60,677 bases of DNA from an uncultured Clostridia bacterium. Its GTDB lineage: Bacteria > Bacillota > Clostridia > TANB77 > CAG-508. The translations under genes were made by a program, and so were the position numbers. This document shows, piece by piece, positions 56,558-60,677 of the stretch (its first letter is position 1; the number at the start of each line of letters is the position of its first letter). The DNA is taken from positions 1-60,677 of the forward strand of contig CANQSP010000002.1 in assembly GCA_947626555.1 (NCBI GenBank), given 5' to 3'. The notes under the pieces are model-generated. The model was not told the origin of the DNA. It saw only the letters and a program-made list of their open reading frames with translations, and searched no databases.

Positions 56558-57091
56558 TTATTTCTGTGGGAATTTTTGCTTATATCTATCAATTGCTTCT
56601 TGTACTACCTTTTCTGCTTCTTCTCTTCCCATCATTTTATCTATTGTTGTTTGTTTTCCTTCTAATTGCTTATACACTTCAAAGAAATGCATTATTTCTG
56701 ATGAAATATGACTTGGAACCTCTGATATATCATTATATTCATTTAAAAATGGATCACTTTTTGCTACTGCAATTATTTTCTCATCATACTCATCTCCGTC
56801 AATCATTTTTAGTACCCCTATTGGATAAGTTTCCACTAAAGTCATTGATATTATTTTTTCTTGGCAAAGTACTAGTACATCTAATGGATCTTCATCACCT
56901 GCATATGTTTTTGGTATAAATCCATAATTTGCAGGATAATGTGTTGCTGTATATAACACTCTATCTAATCTTAATAAACCTGTTTCTTTATCTAATTCGT
57001 ATTTATTCTTTCCTCCTTTTGATATTTCTATTACTGATATAAAATCATCTTTCTTTATTCTATCTTCTCTTATGTCATGCCAAATGTTCAT
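56558..57091 (-). CDS. ppa: inorganic pyrophosphatase (family I)
   Basis: YPANYGFIP..GDEDPLDVLVL and DEKIIAV motifs. Confidence 0.93.
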   Translation of the reverse strand: MNIWHDIREDRIKKDDFISVIEISKGGKNKYELDKETGLLRLDRVLYTATHYPANYGFIPKTYAGDEDPLDVLVLCQEKIISMTLVETYPIGVLKMIDGDEYDEKIIAVAKSDPFLNEYNDISEVPSHISSEIMHFFEVYKQLEGKQTTIDKMMGREEAEKVVQEAIDRYKQKFPQK

Positions 57092-57290
57092 GTAATCATT
57101 TCCTTTCTATTTTGTGCTTATATATTACTCCTTTATATTTTAGGTCATTTCTATCTAAAAGTCTATACTTATTTCGATTTTTTTAAGTTTTTTTGTAAAA
57201 AAAAGTTATATTATAAGAAATGATATTACAAAGTATATGCATAATATTTGTTCTTAACTATAGACTTAAAATAAAAATAGAAGGTAGATT

Positions 57291-57629
57291 TTATGATTTT
57301 TTCTGACCTTCTATTTCTTTTCTAATTTCCTTACATAATTTATTAAATCCATCTCCATCTAAGAACCCCATTGATTGACTCGACAAATAACCATGCACTA
57401 AAGCATATTTATTCCACCTTATCTCACTTGGATTAATTTCATTATTTTGCATATATTCTTTTAAAGCTTCCATACTTTTATTGTAATAACTTGGTATACT
57501 TTTTTGCTTTACATATACGTTTTCTAATTCAAATGCTATTCTTTTACTAGTTTTATATGCCTGTTTAGATTTTAATCCATATTTTTTTATATTTTCAGTT
57601 AACTCTTTTTTTAAACTATCTATTACCAT
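57291..57629 (-). CDS. hypothetical protein (112 aa), translationally coupled to the XRE gene
   Basis: The ATG overlaps the XRE stop (ATGGTAA). The N-terminal helical segment is faintly Spo0E-like but has no SQELD motif. Confidence 0.5.
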   Translation of the reverse strand: MVIDSLKKELTENIKKYGLKSKQAYKTSKRIAFELENVYVKQKSIPSYYNKSMEALKEYMQNNEINPSEIRWNKYALVHGYLSSQSMGFLDGDGFNKLCKEIRKEIEGQKKS

Positions 57630-57823
57630 TTTACTTTATACAACTCCGTTATTTCAACATCCAAGGCTTTTGCTAATCTTATCATCACAATCAAGCCTGG
57701 AGATTTAATATTATTTTCTATATCATTTATATGGGTCGTCGAAATCCCACTTTTTTCAGATAGTTTATATAAACTCCAATTTTTCTTTTGTCTAACTTCT
57801 CTCAATAAAATTTCTACATGCAT
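57623..57823 (-). CDS. XRE-family helix-turn-helix transcriptional regulator (66 aa)
   Basis: LREVRQKKNWSLYKLSEKSGISTTHINDIENN HTH_3 pattern. ATG 57823 lies 5 nt after GGTGAGAG. Confidence 0.85.
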   Translation of the reverse strand: MHVEILLREVRQKKNWSLYKLSEKSGISTTHINDIENNIKSPGLIVMIRLAKALDVEITELYKVKW

Positions 57824-58089
57824 TTTTTCTCTCACCAAAGCTTAATTTCTAATTTTACCTTATTTAAACACAGAACTTGTCCGCTATGGCGGATTTATAA
57901 AAATATTACTACATATGAAACTTTATTTTATTACTCAAATTACAGTCTATGCCTTGATACTACTTATATTCCTGTCTTTTCCCTTTCTTGTTAATTTTTA
58001 CTTATAATTAAAAATATTCTCGTCTTTTAAAGAATACATTTTATTTTAATTAATATATTTTGCTTTCTTATTAATATACTTTACTATAC

Positions 58090-58701
58090 TTAATATTCTT
58101 TATTTTTATTAATATATTCAATTTTTTTCTCTAGTATTTCTAAAAATTTGCAAATTATTCTTTCTACCTCGAATTCTTTTCCATATTCTTTTTTTAGTGA
58201 TGTAGCTATTTGCTCTAATTCTTTTGAGAATTTTTCCTCATTAACATTAAATCCTATGCTTATTAATAAATAATGCACTACATTATTTTGCATTGCTACT
58301 TGTGTTAATATTCCACATATTTTCTTATTATTTAACATTAAATCATTTGGCTTTTTTATTTCTAAGTTATATGAATATAACTCTTTTATTGTCTGCTTCA
58401 TACATTCTGCTATTTGAATTGTAATAGAATTTAATTTTTCTAAAGTACATTTAGGATATAATACAATTGTCATTGCTATATTTTTCTTTCCTGTATACCA
58501 ATTTCTTCCCCTTGTTCCTATTCCATTAGTCTGTTTATTAGCTATTAAAACTGTTCCATTGCATACTTTTTCTTTAGCCAATTCTTCTGCTTTTATATGA
58601 GTTGAATTTATTGTTTTATAATATAAAACATTTTTTCCTATATATTTTGTGTTTGTTTGTTTTATTTTTTCTACATTCATATCTATGTTTTCTGGTTTCA
58701 T
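58090..58701 (-). CDS. birA: biotin--[acetyl-CoA-carboxylase] ligase, short form (no HTH domain; C-terminal domain appears absent)
   Basis: NKQTNGIGTRGRNWY (GRGRxGRxW-type) motif and KKPNDLMLNNKKICGIL. Confidence 0.75.
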   Translation of the reverse strand: MKPENIDMNVEKIKQTNTKYIGKNVLYYKTINSTHIKAEELAKEKVCNGTVLIANKQTNGIGTRGRNWYTGKKNIAMTIVLYPKCTLEKLNSITIQIAECMKQTIKELYSYNLEIKKPNDLMLNNKKICGILTQVAMQNNVVHYLLISIGFNVNEEKFSKELEQIATSLKKEYGKEFEVERIICKFLEILEKKIEYINKNKEY

Positions 58702-58996
58702 TTTTTCTCTCTTTCCTTAATTTATATATAAAACTGGGTCTATTACTAAAATATAATAGACCCACATTTTGCCCACTAGTGAGTTTAATTGTTATGATAT
58801 TTTGCCCTTGTCGCTCTTATTTTTGTATAATCTTTTTTCCTAAATCCATACACCTCATCTATATAATTAGCATTATAGCATAAATTATGTAAATTTGTAA
58901 ATATTATTTTGTATTTTAATGTAATATAAATTATATTAACCAAATATAATATGTATTCATAATATATATTATATAAAGAATGTGAGGAGATTAGTT

Positions 58997-59839
58997 ATGC
59001 CAAAAATATATTTAAGTCCTAGTTTTCAAGACCAAAATGTTGGCGTTGGAAATTATGGAACCGAAGAACAAAGATGCAATGAAATTGCAGATATAGTTGA
59101 AAAAGAATTAAAGAAAAATAATAATTTTGTTGTTGTTAGAAATAATCGTAATATGAGTTTAGAAGAAGTAATATCAGATAGTAACAAAAGCAATTCCGAT
59201 ATACATTTTTCTATTCATACAAACGCAGGAGATAGCTCTGCTAGAGGATGTGAAGTATATGCATATTCTCCAAATACAGAAGCAGACAAATTAGCTAAAA
59301 TTGTGTATAAGAATTTATCACAAATTACTCCTAGTAATGATAGAGGTGTAAAGTACAATAGTTTAGCAGAAACTAGTTCAACAAAAGCAATAGCCATTTT
59401 AATAGAGGTAGGATTTCACAGTAATGTAGAAGATGCTAAATGGATTATAAATAATATAGAACTAATAGGAAAAAATTTAGCTAAATCATTATATGAATAT
59501 TTCAATGTTGAATATAAAGATGAAAATACACAATTTGCTGGTAATCCAGAAAAAAAGCAAACAATAGATGAAATAGCACAAGAAGTTATAAATGGAAAAT
59601 ATGGAAATAACCCTAGTAGAAAAGAAAAGTTAATATCAGCTGGTTATGATTATGAGGCTGTTCAAAATAAAGTAAATGAAATATTGAATGGAAAAACAAC
59701 AGAAAAATCAAATGAAGAAATAGCAAATGAAGTAATTGTTGGTAAATGGGGAAATCAACCTGAAAGAGAGAAAAAATTGAAAGCTGCTGGATATGACTAT
59801 GAGGCAATTCAAAAAATAGTTAATCAAAAAATTTTATAA
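58997..59839 (+). CDS. N-acetylmuramoyl-L-alanine amidase (Amidase_3) with two C-terminal Cpl-7 (CW_7) repeats
   Basis: ATG 58997 follows GAGGAG. IHFSIHTNAG...ILIEVGFHSN catalytic pattern. Repeats: IAQEVINGKYGNNPSRKEKLISAGYDYEAVQNKVNEIL and IANEVIVGKWGNQPEREKKLKAAGYDYEAIQKIVNQ. Confidence 0.8.
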   Translation: MPKIYLSPSFQDQNVGVGNYGTEEQRCNEIADIVEKELKKNNNFVVVRNNRNMSLEEVISDSNKSNSDIHFSIHTNAGDSSARGCEVYAYSPNTEADKLAKIVYKNLSQITPSNDRGVKYNSLAETSSTKAIAILIEVGFHSNVEDAKWIINNIELIGKNLAKSLYEYFNVEYKDENTQFAGNPEKKQTIDEIAQEVINGKYGNNPSRKEKLISAGYDYEAVQNKVNEILNGKTTEKSNEEIANEVIVGKWGNQPEREKKLKAAGYDYEAIQKIVNQKIL

Positions 59840-59842
59840 AAT

Positions 59843-59885
59843 ATAGAGGGTGTCACAAAACTGAACCCCTCTATTACTATTTTTC
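59843..59885 (+). terminator. rho-independent terminator after the amidase gene
   Basis: ATAGAGGG-loop-CCCTCTAT followed by a T-rich run. Confidence 0.65.
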
Positions 59886-59950
59886 TTTACCCGTTTGATT
59901 AGGCAAACCTCTCTCGAGGAAAAGAAATAATTTTCTTTTTTGGATTAAGG

Positions 59951-60418
59951 TTAATCGTTGTCCTTGTGCCATTCTTCCCAGCATTTTGCTTTGTCTGAAT
60001 AGAACTTGCAATTACTGATGCTCCCGAAGCCTTTAAGACCTTGTTTACAACGGTTACATGGCTCATTACCCCTACCTTCATTGCAATACACATATGGGCA
60101 ATACAGTTCTTCCATAGGAGTAGGTTTAATACCTTTTTTCCATTCTTCATAGGAACAGCCATACTTCGAGAAATGAAACGTTACTCCTTCTTTTGTTGTA
60201 GTATCCTTATCTGAATGCGTATATCCGAAGTTTCCTTCAAATACGCGAGTTACGTCTTCTCTTTCTTTACGCCCCTCAAACTCATTGTAAGTAAATTCGG
60301 TTTTACCTGTTCCCTTGCAGTCCCAACATATAACTGCTGCTCCGTCTCTTTCCCACACACCTTTGTAAAGTCCCGTCCCCTTACAGGACGGACATTCGAT
60401 AACAATAGTCCGCTTCAT
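59951..60418 (-). CDS. Cys-rich protein with two DnaJ-type CxxCxGxG zinc-finger motifs (155 aa), unknown function
   Basis: CPSCKGTG and CWDCKGTG near the N-terminus, and more Cys pairs (CPYVYC, CNRC) later. AAGGAGA SD before ATG 60418. G+C is far above the host. Confidence 0.7.
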   Translation of the reverse strand: MKRTIVIECPSCKGTGLYKGVWERDGAAVICWDCKGTGKTEFTYNEFEGRKEREDVTRVFEGNFGYTHSDKDTTTKEGVTFHFSKYGCSYEEWKKGIKPTPMEELYCPYVYCNEGRGNEPCNRCKQGLKGFGSISNCKFYSDKAKCWEEWHKDND

Positions 60419-60444
60419 AATGTCTCCTTATCCATTTTGTTATC

Positions 60445-60458
60445 ACTGAAATTTCAGT
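60445..60458. promoter_or_regulatory. perfect 14-bp palindrome ACTGAAATTTCAGT upstream of the Cys-rich gene (candidate operator)
   Basis: Lies between a minus-strand TATAAT (reverse complement of 60484-60489) and the SD of the 59951-60418 gene. Confidence 0.35.
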
Positions 60459-60613
60459 AATATATTTAAATGTGGTACACTTATTATACTTCGCCGTACC
60501 CACGAATGATATGTATATTATATATGATTTTACATAAAATTGCAAGTTTTTATTGGCATTTGGCGTAAATTTTAAGTAAAAAAAGCTGAGATAGAAATAC
60601 GGTTCTATAATAT

Positions 60614-60646
60614 TAGTTGGGGTAGATAAAACTCCAACTATTTTTT
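60614..60646 (+). terminator. orphan terminator-like hairpin
   Basis: TAGTTGGGG-loop-CTCCAACTA followed by TTTTTT. No + strand ORF is visible upstream. Confidence 0.45.
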
Positions 60647-60677
60647 AAATAAAATAGTGCATTTATCAAAAATACCT

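Noticed and set aside
59899-60162. 87-aa ORF overlapping the Cys-rich gene
   Set aside because: It lies on the same strand in a different frame, entirely within a better-supported gene that has an SD and zinc-finger motifs.
60385-60405. CCCGTCCCC string in the Cys-rich gene resembling the element hairpin loop
   Set aside because: Only about 9 nt match, with no flanking AAACTATT/AATAGTTT stem. The string encodes the GTG of a CxxCxGxG motif, so this is coincidence.

Overview
60.7 kb of chromosome from a very AT-rich, endospore-forming Firmicute. It looks Clostridia-like from the 16S 5-prime end and from YlbJ/YyaC/DpaA/SpoIVFB-like genes. Most genes are on the minus strand. Left to right: 5-prime end of a 16S rRNA gene, deoB, a 769-aa coiled-coil orphan, asnS, a TrmH-family methyltransferase, mfd, sporulation-associated membrane and protease genes, a GC-rich flotillin gene, an acc/fab (FASII) cluster (fabH-fabD-fabG-fabF-accB-fabZ-accC-accD-accA-fabI), mutS2, an SDR, two GT2 glycosyltransferases, pnp-rpsO, dapL-dapF, a ROK glucokinase, a 9-gene type IV pilus cluster, uppP, dpaA, a TPR protein, ppa, an XRE pair, birA, a Cpl-7-type amidase and a GC-rich Cys-rich gene. 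No tRNA genes or CRISPR arrays were seen. The strongest unexplained signal is a family of ~345-bp non-coding nested-palindrome elements. There are three full copies (12061-12404, 20045-20392, 27834-28179) and one 135-bp mini copy (8472-8606). The hairpin modules and a ~125-nt structured core are nearly identical between copies, while the spacers are scrambled. In each copy the two termini stay perfect inverted repeats through copy-specific paired substitutions. These elements sit precisely at gene boundaries: one supplies the accB stop codon, one encodes the last 29 codons of mfd, and some carry outward-facing AAGGAG sequences used by neighbouring genes. Other points worth a second look: three higher-GC islands (a single flotillin gene, a strongly promoted two-small-ORF module inserted antisense into the fab operon, and a DnaJ-type zinc-finger protein), a +1 frameshift in accA, and pilins that lack Glu+5. 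All calls come from reading the sequence and ORF translations by eye. No database search was run.
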